This document shows positions 63,884-64,000 of a DNA stretch of 64,000 bases, one piece after another. The stretch lies in contig NC_043001.1 in assembly GCF_006345805.1 (NCBI RefSeq), forward strand, positions 44,578,001-44,642,000, written 5' to 3'. Positions within the stretch are counted from its first letter, which is position 1; every line of letters starts with the position of its first letter. The notes beneath the pieces are model-generated. The model was not told the DNA's origin and searched no databases. It worked only from the letters and a program-made list of their open reading frames with translations. The position numbers and the translations under genes were made by a program. Source of the DNA: Octopus sinensis. Its lineage: Eukaryota.

Positions 63884-64000
63884 AAACACTTAATCTATTT
63901 TTAAGAATCAAGTTTTAACTTAATCCTCTCAGGAATCTTACAGAAAGATGATAAGGGTGGAGTAGGTTGATAAGGAGTAGACTTAACTAAACATCACTTC

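Overview
AT-rich, microsatellite-dense animal DNA, most likely from a coleoid cephalopod (Octopus-like). That assignment is inferred from the tRNA/CORE-type SINE families, RTE-type (GAT)n tails and extreme (TA)n/(CA)n density; it was not checked against a database. I could not support any host protein-coding exon, true tRNA or rRNA gene. Almost all ORFs in the track are microsatellite or SINE read-through. The window is a transposon graveyard containing: at least four SINE-like families in dozens of copies; many 3' fragments of an RTE LINE, including one with ORF2 C-terminal coding sequence at 24.5-25.7 kb; a decayed but nearly complete RT + GIY-YIG Penelope-like element (PLE) at 50.3-52.2 kb, split by a TTAA MITE; and several DNA-transposon MITEs with TA-, TTAA-, 8-bp or 9-bp target signatures. 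The most unusual signals are: (1) small hammerhead-ribozyme-like modules inserted in the (TA)n tracts of SINEs at 4.8 and 5.6 kb; (2) a perfect 35-bp hairpin at 20.2 kb next to a third hammerhead-like core; (3) a compact H-type-pseudoknot-like motif in the RTE 3' region that is tandemly repeated and coincides with a 5'-truncation hotspot; (4) a sharp CpG-depletion boundary near 8 kb with small CpG-retaining islands downstream. All coordinates and alignments were read by eye.
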